Shown here: one piece after another, positions 54,430 through 64,000 of the stretch
Position numbering within the stretch: position 1 is the first letter of the stretch
How the letters are laid out: the number at the start of each line of letters is the position of its first letter
Assembly: GCF_028641065.1 (NCBI RefSeq)
Contig: NC_073383.1
Span: 64,046,001-64,110,000 of the forward strand
Source of the DNA: Leucoraja erinacea
Taxonomy: Eukaryota
Length of the DNA stretch: 64,000 nucleotides
Direction: 5' to 3'
Notes under the pieces: model-generated
Told to the model about the DNA's origin: nothing
Databases searched by the model: none
What the model saw: the letters and a program-made list of their open reading frames with translations, nothing else
Translations under genes and position numbers: made by a program

Positions 54430-54655
54430 TACCCAGACTGGCTGCGACCTCTTCCACCGCCTACATAGCTGCTGTTGGTGCCGACAATGGCTGCCATGGT
54501 GTACTGCTCCTTGCTGTTTTGTATGTGTTTGTTCGTTTGGGTCGTCTGTGAATACCCGACAAAGATTACTTTCACAAGAGAGGTACTCATAAACATCGGA
54601 CATGCAGTACCTCCAAACATCGTTCCGGATTTCTCTCACTCGCTGGATTATTTGG
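54430..54655 (+). mobile_element. Probable 5' end of a Rex1-like LINE
   Basis: atggctgccatggtgtactgctccttg... encoding ITFTREVLINIG resembles fish Rex1 leaders as I recall them. Confidence 0.4.
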
Positions 54656-55660
54656 ACTCGACTTCTTCTTGTTATAAAGGCCAACATGCCATTCACTTTC
54701 TTCACTGCCTGCTGTACCTGCATGTTTATTTCATAGACTGATGAACAAGGACCCCCAGATCCCGTTGTACTTCCGCTTTTCCAAACTTGACGCCATTTAG
54801 ATAGTAATCTGCCTTCCTGTTTTTTATACCAAAGTGGATAACCTCACATTTATCCACATAAACTTCATTTGCCATCAATCTGCCCATTCCCCCAACCTGT
54901 CCAAGCCACCCTGCATTCTCATAGCATCCTCCTCACAGTTCACACTGTCACCTAGCTTTGTGTCATCTGCAAATGTGCTAATGTTACTTTGAATCCCTTC
55001 ATCCAAATCATTGATGTATATTGTAAATAGCTGCGGTCCTAGCTCCATGCCTTGCGGTACCGCACTAGTCACAGCCTGCCATTCTGAAAGGGTCCCGTTA
55101 ATCCCTACTCTTTGTTTCCTGTCTGCCAACCAATTTTCTATCCATGTCAGCACTCTATCCCCAATACCATGTGCCTTAATTTTGCCCATTAATCTCCTAT
55201 GCGGGACCTTATCAAATGCTTTCTAAAAGTACAGGTTCACTACATCCATTTTCCTAGTTACATCCTTAAAAAATTCCAGAAGATTAGTCAAGCATGATTT
55301 CCCCTTGGTAAATCCATGCTGACTCGGACTGATCCTGTCACTGTGATCCAAATGTGTGGCTTTTTCATCTTTTATAAATGACTCCAGCATCTTCCCCACC
55401 ACCAATGTCAGGCTAACTGGTCTATAATTCCCTGTTTTCTCTCTCCCACCTTTCTTAAAATGTGGGATAGCATTAGCTACCTCCAATCCACAGGAACTGA
55501 TCCTGAGTCTATAGAAAATTGGAAAATTATCACCAATGCATCCACGATTTCTAGATTCTGTTCGGTCATGTGTTCACCGTGTCCCGTCCTCTCCAGCTTT
55601 TTATGTAGCCTCCTCGCCTCAGCCTCCCCACCAAAGACTCACTATACTAGACTCGCTGAA
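54655..55660 (-). mobile_element. CR1 internal RT fragment plus a 5'-UTR-like piece
   Basis: [36 protein letters not shown]. Confidence 0.85.
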
Positions 55661-56409
55661 TGTCCCTATCCAGCTATCTAGCAAGTTAAACAATTAATCC
55701 AATAAAGACCCGTAGACACGAGATGTCGTTGATTCTTTACTGTATTCAACTGTGAAACTGTAACATACAAGCAGAAAGGGAAACCGCATATTTAGTAACG
55801 TTATACACTTGGTATAGAAACATAAACTATGATGCCACCACTAAATACAGTGCTGTTATGTCAGAAACCAGCCAGGGTACATGAAACATTCTTAACTTTG
55901 TTAATGATAGCAATCCTGCGCAATAACGTTAGTAACATATAAAGATGCTGTTACACAAACATAATTACTCACAGACAATGCGTCTAACAAACTGGGGCGG
56001 AAGGATGGCATTAGATTGTGCGCTGGAATTACAGTCTGCACCATGCAGTACTCTCCCTGAGCTGGACTTCCTGGTTTATGATAACTTTCTGCCTAACAGG
56101 AAGGGTAACTCAAAGCTGTAGGAACCTGAACATACAACAGGTGGCATTAATACCTGTAAACAGAAAGTGGTCCAGCACACTCACACTTTACTCACGGCAC
56201 TTCCCTAACAAGGCCGCTTCCCTAGACCAGCCTTGCTTATATTGACTGATAAATTGCCTAATTTACCAATTTACAAATCAAATTCCTCGGTTTTAAACTG
56301 TTTTTCCCCTGTGACTTAGTCACCTTTCCCACGGGCTTCACCCAATAAGCTCTTCACCCTGCTTCTCTTTGATTCTTCCTTGTCCAAGATCCACGTAAGC
56401 ACTGGGCTC

Positions 56410-56529
56410 ATCTTTAGGGTTGATGCAAGTCCTTATTTCGGCTTTGTTCATGTTGATTGCTGTGATCATGGTGGAGTCCCAGGTGGAGGGGTCGTTGACA
56501 GGGGCTATCACACCCAGTGTTTCCATTCT
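56410..56529 (-). pseudogene. Gypsy RT N-terminal fragment
   Basis: (DR)METLGVIAPVNDPSTWDS..EIRTCINPKD matches the Gypsy MExLGVI..V.EP..W.S..IRICINPKDLN pattern. Confidence 0.75.
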
Positions 56530-56578
56530 GTCTCAGTCTCCTTTGGAGGTGTGGGTTCGTATCCCACTTCTGACACCA
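56530..56578 (+). other. 3' 49 nt of mature tRNA-Leu including CCA; this is an extended PBS of the minus-strand element, not a tRNA gene
   Basis: gtctcagtctcctttggaggtgtgggttcgtatcccacttctgacacca covers the variable arm, T arm, acceptor strand and CCA; the 5' half is absent. Confidence 0.8.
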
Positions 56579-56812
56579 TGTTTGTAAATGTTCTACAACA
56601 ACACACATAGTGAAAGATCAATCATTATTCCATAAGCAATCAGGAACATTTTAAACTGCCAACCATTCACATACAGCTCGGCGTGGTTTGTGAGAGTTGG
56701 CTGACCTTGCTAGAGTAAAGCTGTGTAGTACCGTAATACCATGTAAAGGGTGGCATGCATAAATGTGTAGTGGAGATTATAAATGGCATGGATTAATAAG
56801 GGTTAATCGACA
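56579..56812 (-). mobile_element. Gypsy 5' LTR (234 bp)
   Basis: Minus strand TGTCGATTA...ACAAACA directly before the PBS. The start and the cac.acaca..ttatgcatgc motif resemble the LTR at 9052. Confidence 0.75.
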
Positions 56813-59524
56813 TAGGAGAAACAATTCCACTGTTGTGATGGTGTGCATAGATGGCTAGAAAAACATTTTGTAGTTGAATACACCACTCTTATGACTAGTC
56901 AGGTTCGGCTTCTGACAGTTGTCAGGAAGAAGGATGGAGTAGGGAATTGGGGAATTGAGCTTTCAGTGGATATCATATCCTGGACCGGTTTGTAGTTTGC
57001 AAGATTAGGAAAATCACAGCAGCAATCTTCAGCTGGTACAGTTGGTTGAATTGCCAGCCTGTACCACTACAGTTGTGACAGAGATAAAGATTTATTATAG
57101 ATTATGTTGCATATATTCCACATAGCCACTTCATTCATTGCATGGATAAAAATAATCCTCTTGCACAGCAGGATTGAAACATAACTTCCTCTACAACAGG
57201 AGATGATTTATTTAAACTAGCTCACAGTGTTACAAGCAAATTAAAATATTCAATTTTTATTATCATCATAAATTTACTTTATGAATAATAATAACATTGA
57301 TATATCATTTGTTTTTTTAATATTGCATATAACTGGAAAATATTAATTTATTTGATGTTTATAATTGCTTCTACCTATTTTGTTTCTTTGATCTACAAAA
57401 AAAAAACCCTTTCCCCAGTGAAATAAAGATTAAAGCTGGTGCATACCAACAAATGACAAATCTTTCCTAACCCCATGCACCATCTTAAACGCTTCCATCA
57501 AATATTACTGTTAAAATATTGTTAAGCACAACTTCAGCAGATTTACTTCCTGCAAAGTGCTATTTAACAAACCTAGGCAGGATACCAGTGAGCAGAATGA
57601 ATTACAGGTTGCCACTGCGTTTCCTGTGATGGGAGTGACAAGGGATCATTTTGTCATGGGACCACCTCCAGCGTGTTGTGACAACCGGTCATTACACCTC
57701 TGAACACAAAGCTCAGCTGCAGGTTTTTATAAGATGCAAATGGTCTCAAATGGACCCATTTGTTTGTTTGACAAAATTGGAAAGGCTGATAATGTATTTT
57801 CTCCTCACAAATTTCGGAGTGTAAAAGCAACCTATGACACAAGAATGATTCAATAAAGAATGTCTCTGCTAATAACATGCTTTTTTTTAGTTATCTAAAA
57901 ATCTTTCTGTAAAAGGATCACACTGAAGGAAGTCATCGTGCTTTGATTTCATTCCCACAGTTAATGTAATAATGTTATTGTTTCTGTGGTGCCGACACTT
58001 ATTTCTCAGGTCAACATTTATTTGATGTTCAGACTGAGAGCACTAAACACATTTATCTGCAGAATGCAGAAAAATGTTGTATTTTCCAATAAAAAGAAAC
58101 AGCAGGGCACTACTACAATGTTGATCTAGACTTAGCATATATTTGACAAAAATGACAGATACAAACTTTTTTTCATATATCTGCTTACAAACCATTCACA
58201 AAGGAGTCGAATTTGCTATCAATTTAGGCAGGAGAAACAGCTGCATAAATTGCAGTTGGAGAAAGAACAACCTATAATCCTCTTTTTCAGACCACCAAAG
58301 AGGCCTCTAATACAAGATCATTAAGAGGAACCTTTAATTTTCCCTTTCCTTCGGTATTGTTTGCAGTAATTCTCAAACCCCATGGGTTTGTAAAGTTCAA
58401 ACCACTTCCGTGCAAATCTGAAGATATGGCCCCTGGGTATTCTTTGGAGAAAATTACAAATCACGACAGGAGTGAGAGTCAGCTAACATTGACTTTCAGC
58501 AGCCCTTTGGTATTGTTGCTGAAAGTGGTCGAGGTTTGACCACTTGAATAGGTAATCCTCTCACACATGTTATTTTAAGTCTATTTCTGCCTGGTCGAGT
58601 TGATGATCCTGAAATACTTGCATGTTGACCTGAAATACTTGCATGCTCATTAACCATTCATTCACCTTGCCCTTTTACTGAATGATTCTGCTCTTAATTC
58701 CCACTTCATCGAAAAGAACATTCGGAGGCTATAAAAAAAAAGATTGCTGCTCTTTGCAAATATTTTTGACAATAAAGCCTGGGTTTCCAATATATCAAAA
58801 GCCAGATGGCCTTTGGCTTCCAACGGTATGTACAAAAATGAAGATGCATAAGAACACAGCAATTTTAGATGATTTTTTTGAAATTGTTGCTTTGTTTGGA
58901 AACTTTTATTATTAATATGGTCATTCTAGGGTGCATGTAAGCAGTCATTGCCCATTCATAAAAGTCTCTGAACCTACTGTACGTCTAGGCTATTTCACTG
59001 GATATTTATGTGTCAATCTCATGTGGCCAAATCAGGTAAAGATGGGGGGGTATCCTTCCCTGGAGGTTGTTGGTGTCTTTATGACAATTCAATAGATTTA
59101 GTATGGCCATTACTGAAACTAGCAATTTTAATTCAAAATGTAATTGCTCAAATTTAAATTCCCAGATACCATTGGGTGTAGGAATTCAAACTCATGCCAC
59201 CAGAGCAATAGTTCGGGTCACTGGAAACTAGTGCAATAACTTCACCACGGTGCTATTAGATGTGCATTAATATAGAACATGGTTTAAAATGGATATTTAA
59301 TATTACGACCGATGTTACATACCAAAAGTAATTTAAAATACTCCCATACAGCTCATATTTTGGCAATATGTTCCTCTTTTAATCAGTGCTTACATATACA
59401 TCTCTTTATAACCTGAAAAACCGATGAGCTATTTATTCTTTTAAAGTTATTTTGGCTAACCAGAAGAATAACATGATCTGGGACAGATATCAGTAATGGT
59501 TCAGATTTTTTGCTGAGATTCACA

Positions 59525-59700
59525 AGTGATAGCCTCACATATCCAGGGACTCAGGTTCACTCCTGAACTCAGGAACTGTCTGTGTGGTGTTTACAGTTCT
59601 ATTCCCGTGACTATGTGGATTTCCTGGGTGCTCTAGTTTCCTCCCACATATCAAAGATATACTGGCAGATTAATTGGCACTAAAATTATCCTTTGGAATA
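59525..59700 (+). mobile_element. Degenerate V-SINE
   Basis: aggttcactcctga..ctgtctgtgtgg..gtttcctcccacat. Confidence 0.55.
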
Positions 59701-60173
59701 GATGGGTGGCAGGAGAGTCTAGTTGGAGTGAGAAAAAGAATCAGCAATTTAGGTTGATGACTTCTTAAGAACATAGCAAAGGGACTTTGATCTGAAACGT
59801 TAAATCTGCTTCTCTTTCCACGTGTTGCCTGATCTGATCAATGTTTTCAACATTTTCTATTTATTTTTCAAATTGCTATTAACTGTTGTCAATTTATTTC
59901 AGGATGGAGTTGATGGAGACATGTGGGAGGATAGGTTGCAGGAAAATAGGTAAGGAACAGAAATAGCTCCAAGAGCAGGTTTGGACTCGATGGACAGAAT
60001 GGATTTCTGCTGCTGTAGCAAAATAAGAAATTTATTTGGACGCGTGGCAGATGACTTTATCACTACCCTATTTGTGAGCTCAGACCAAATGCAGTCTTTA
60101 GCTTAGCAGAGGGTTTGCATGGACCTCTCGTCGTGAATCCAGTTGTGAGGCAGGAACTTCTACAGATTCCTTA

Positions 60174-60721
60174 TGCCCGTCCCACTTAGGAAACCTGAAC
60201 GGAAACCTCTGGAGACTTTGCGCCCCACCCAAGGATTCCATGCGGTTCCCGGAGGTTTTTGTCAGTCTCCCCAATGGTCGAAAGTGGTTTCCGCTTCCTC
60301 TATGTTCCGGCGATTATTTCAAAAAATTAAAAAACGGCCGCGAATAAAAATAGGTTGCCGTTTTAAAAATCGGTAATTTTTTAGTCGAAGCCGGTTGCGA
60401 TGCTAGTTGAAGATGGTTGCCGGAGGTTGCAGGTGGTTGCCGGAGGTATCTGCAACCTCCGGCAACCACCTTCAACTAGCATCGCAAACCGGCTTTGACA
60501 AAAAAATTACCGATTTTTAAAACGGCAACCTATTTTTTGTTGCGGCCGGTTTTGAATTTTTTGAAATAATCGCCGGAACATAGAAAAAGCGGAAACCACT
60601 TTCGACCATTAGAGAGACTGGCAAAAACCTCCGGGAACCGCCAGGAACCGCACGGAAACCTTGGGTGGGGCGCAATGTCTCCAGAGGTTTCCGTTCAGCT
60701 TTCCTAAGTGGGACAGGGGCA
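60174..60721. mobile_element. Foldback MITE, PIF/Harbinger-type (TTA TSD)
   Basis: Inverted arms of about 260 bp and a spacer under 20 nt; termini TGCCC..GTCCCACT / AGTGGGACAGGGGCA; TTA at 60171-60173 and 60722-60724. Confidence 0.85.
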
Positions 60722-61249
60722 TTAAGATTTAGGTTTAGAAATTCCTCTGTTTATTGGCCTCTGGAGGAAAGGTAAATTGAGCTTTTTATTTGATTTAATT
60801 CGAGTTTATTTTTTTTTTAATTGCGCACTTGTGTTTTTTTTTAGTCTTTGTACTACTTCTTCAGTAATTTAAAAAAAAACATTATTTTGAATTTTTGAAC
60901 AGATCTTGAATGATCTTGAGTGTCAATGGTATTCAAAAATGCTCATGATAGTGACAGCTTTGACAGTCAGTGAGCTTGGGGACAGGGGCTCACTGGCTGT
61001 CAAATCCATTTTGTCAGCACAGTCAGGCACGTGCACTAAGGGAGACCCTTTGCTGCCATGGCGATGGTTGGAAGCCAGCCTCCCAGTGTAAGACTGCATC
61101 CTGAAGTGCTGTGAAGAAGCAATGGAGTTCAGAGGGAAGCGCCCAGCATTCTCAAGGCAGTGTAAGATCGCCTCTAAATCTTTCCAAGCAGAAGAGGAGT
61201 CTAAATTCCTTTGTTCTAAAATGAATTCAGATGATGATTATCTTTAATT

Positions 61250-61600
61250 ATAGTCATAGAGTCAGTGTGATACATTGTGGTAACAGGCCCTTCGGCCCAA
61301 CTTGCCCACCCCGGCCACCATTTCCCAGTTACACTAGTCCTACCTGCCTACGTTTGGTCCCTATCCCTCCGAACTTGTCCTATCCATGTACCTGTCTAAC
61401 GGTTTCTTAAATGTTGGTATAGTCCCAGCCCCAACTGGCAGTTTGTTCTATACACCCACCACCCTTTGTGTGAAAAAGTTACCCCTCAGATTCCTATTAA
61501 ATCTTTTCCCTTCGCCTTGAACCTAAGTCCTCTGGTCCTCGGTTCCCCCACTCTGGGCAAGAGATTCTGTGCATCTACCTGATTTATTCCTCTCATGATT
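61250..61600 (-). mobile_element. CR1 3' fragment
   Basis: Homologous to 24544-24890. Confidence 0.85.
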
Positions 61601-61809
61601 TATTATCTCTCATTTCATACATCACACCACAAGCAACAAGTCAACTGTCTTTCACTGTTGCCACTTTGTATTGGCCGTGCCACCAGGACTCCATGGGGAA
61701 AAACGTGGGACAATAATAAGATAAACTGTTGTATGGGCACAAATTTCAAAGAATACAGCAAATATCAGTGTGATGATTTGGACTATAAACTAAAATAATA
61801 GATGAGCTA

Positions 61810-62860
61810 TTTAGCTTTGCTTGAAGGCGCAGTCTGCTCAGGCCTGCTGGATTTCCCAGTTACTAACCATCTCAATGGTTCAATCTTGACTCAATTTCCC
61901 ATTCCCTTACTGACCTTTCTGTCCTGGGCCTCCTCTATTACCAAAGTGAGGCCACAAGTAAACTGGAGGAACAAAGAACTGCAAATGCTGGTTTATGCCA
62001 AAGATAGACACAAAGTGCTTGTGTTATTCAACGGGTTTGGCAACATCTCTGAAGTAATGGAGGAACAGCACCTCATATTCCTCTTGGATAGCTTATCGCC
62101 CAATTTTAGGTAACACTCCACAATCCGCCTTCTGTTTCCTCCCCTACTCTTTTCTGTGTCACCGCTCCATTTCTCCCACTATCCCATCCCCTTACACCTA
62201 TGTTCTTCCCTCTGGTTTTACATTTCACTCCACTTCAACTCCTTTTCCTATCTGACATCCTTTTGTCTCCTTGTCTCCTTTCTGCCTTCTTCGGTCTCCT
62301 TTTGTCACCCTTTTGTTAATCTCCAGACTCTATCCACCTATATATATCAATCAATATCCCTCCTCGCCTGCGTCCACTGATCAGTTGCCAGGCTTTGTCC
62401 AGCTTACACCTATTTGCCAGTTTTCCACCCCCCCAACCCCCCGGCACTACCATCGGTCTGATTCAAGATTCAAGAGAGATTATTGTCATGTGTCCCAGAT
62501 AGGACAATAAAATTCTTGCTTTGCTTCAGCACAACAGAATATAGAAGGCATGAATACAGAACAGATCAGAGTGTCCATATACCACTGTATAAACACATGA
62601 ATAAATAAAACAGATAGAGTGCAAATAAACTAATAACGGGCTATTAATGTTCAGAGTTTTGTTTGAGTTGAGTTCAATAGCCTGATGGCTTTGGGGAAGA
62701 AGCTGTTTCTGAACCTGGACGTTGCAGTCTTCAGGCTCCTGTATCTTCTACCTGAAGGTAGCGGGGAGATGAGTGTGTGGCCAAGATGATGTGGGTTCTT
62801 GATGATGCTGCCAGCCTTTTTGAGGTCTGATGAAGAATCCCGACTCAAAACACACCTATC
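61810..62860 (+). mobile_element. Degenerate Penelope-like 3' region, interrupted by Rex1
   Basis: ggaggaacagcacctcatattc..ttgg.tagctta, pyrimidine-rich UTR, and a terminal gtctgatgaa..aaaac motif. Confidence 0.55.
62463..62823 (-). mobile_element. Rex1 3' fragment with (TCTTGAA) tail
   Basis: KKAGSIIKNPHH..LPSGRRYRSLKT..FRNSFFP; flanked by the direct repeat ggtctgat. Confidence 0.85.
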
Positions 62861-64000
62861 CACATTAGTGCCATGTATCTCTCCAAGTGCTGAAGTGTCT
62901 CTGGGTCATTAAGTCTTCATGGTTTTGAGGCAAGACCCTCAGAAGTTTATGTCTTCACCACGGATCCTTAACATGCCAGCAGGGTATTTGGTTTCAAGGA
63001 TACATGAGTCTCTTTTCACTTGAAGTCTGTAAATGCACACTTCCGACAAGGATAACTGTTTAAAAATTAGAAATAGGAACTCAAGCCAACTTCCTTTTGA
63101 ACAAGGTAATTATAACACTCCTTGCAGTCAAGACTGGGATTAACTAATTCAGGCCAGATTGAAACCAAGACCTTGTGGTCTGTGTCGGCTCAGCCACACA
63201 ATAGCTGATAGAGCCCCAGGTTTCCATTTTAAATCAGTACCATTAAAGTTTGAAAAAGCAAATAAGATGCAGCAGAATATTTTTTGAACTGATTATTACC
63301 GTTCAAACGGGTTTTGAACGGTAATAAAACTGGAGAGAAAAAAAATCACACTATTATGTTTGGATGCTGGTGATAATATTAACTGAGGTTACACATAGTT
63401 GGAAACAATTAATGGAAATGCAGATTTTAGCAGAGGAAGGCAAATTTGCTTGTTCAACATTAAGCATTTGTGATTTGGCACCATTTAGCACTTTCAGTAC
63501 TTTGATTTAATGCCATTTTGTGAAATTTTCCCTGAATGAGCTTTAATCACAGAATGAGGCTGTCAAATGGTATCCATTACAGTGCAGCAGGAAAACTGAG
63601 TTGTAAAGCAAAAAATCAGGTTTCTGCTATCCTGGAGAAATTGTGTTTAAAGCAAAAACATAAGCCATACTAGAGAATTAATTAAAATTGCCTTCTGTTA
63701 CATTTAATGCATTATGGTGTTTATAATTCTTTTGTAGAACTGCAATTCACATTTTTTATACAACAATCTAGTATGCAGAAGTAATAATGCAATGCAATTA
63801 CTGCAATAACAATTCTTATAATGCAGCGAGGCTCCAGTTACCTTTCTTCTGAAGTGTCATCTGAACTAGATTATCCCTATAAGGCATAATCTGTTGCCTA
63901 GCACTATAAGAAAGCCTGCAGAGGACATTACTGGCAACTGAAGACGCATATTCTTCAAGATAATGTATATAGAAATGACATCACTGATGGTCGGTAATTA

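Larger units (their letters stand above)
54133..56812 (-). mobile_element. Composite Gypsy-derived element bounded by 28-bp TGT...ACA inverted repeats
   Basis: 54133-54160 and 56785-56812 are 27/28 reverse-complementary; flanks are aagga and tagga. Contains an LTR, a PBS and RT fragments. Confidence 0.7.

Noticed and set aside
55661-56139. Possible solo LTR (TG...CA)
   Set aside because: No matching TSD, PBS or PPT; left unassigned.
56530-56578. tRNA-Leu gene
   Set aside because: The 5' half and A box are missing, CCA is encoded, and it abuts an LTR.
54139-56806. piggyBac-like reading TTAA|CCCT...AGGG|TTAA
   Set aside because: The symmetry extends past TTAA to TGT/ACA, the right repeat is the start of an LTR next to a PBS, and the related LTR at 9052 begins TGTAGATTA. 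Not fully excluded without an empty site.
58608-58645. Short tandem duplications (also about 3999-4027 and 17281-17305)
   Set aside because: Ordinary slippage duplications.
60150-60170. GCAGGAACTT resembling the miR-873 5' end
   Set aside because: The match is short and no precursor hairpin is visible.

Overview
Repeat-rich, apparently non-genic vertebrate DNA. The repeats (HE1-type tRNA V-SINEs with (TAAAC)n tails, CR1 with SGNH-esterase ORF1, Rex1/Babar, Penelope-like terminal repeats) point to a cartilaginous fish, probably a skate or ray; this is an inference. Every ORF I can recognise is transposon-derived: a HERO-like RLE non-LTR element (1-2700), two rearranged Gypsy elements primed by tRNA-Leu (9052-10404 and 54133-56812), a near full-length CR1 nested in a tandem non-autonomous Helitron (48830-53922), Rex1 fragments, and a foldback PIF/Harbinger-type MITE (60174-60721). 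I could not identify a host gene, only a few weak exon-like segments. The most unusual structure is the Gypsy derivative at 54133-56812. Its PBS is extended to about 49 nt of mature tRNA-Leu, with an A58>T change and an end near G37, which fits read-through of m1A58 and a stop at m1G37. It also ends on both sides in the same LTR 5' terminus, giving 28-bp TGT...ACA inverted repeats with a near-perfect 5-bp TSD. All alignments were done by eye and family names come from recalled motifs, not database searches.
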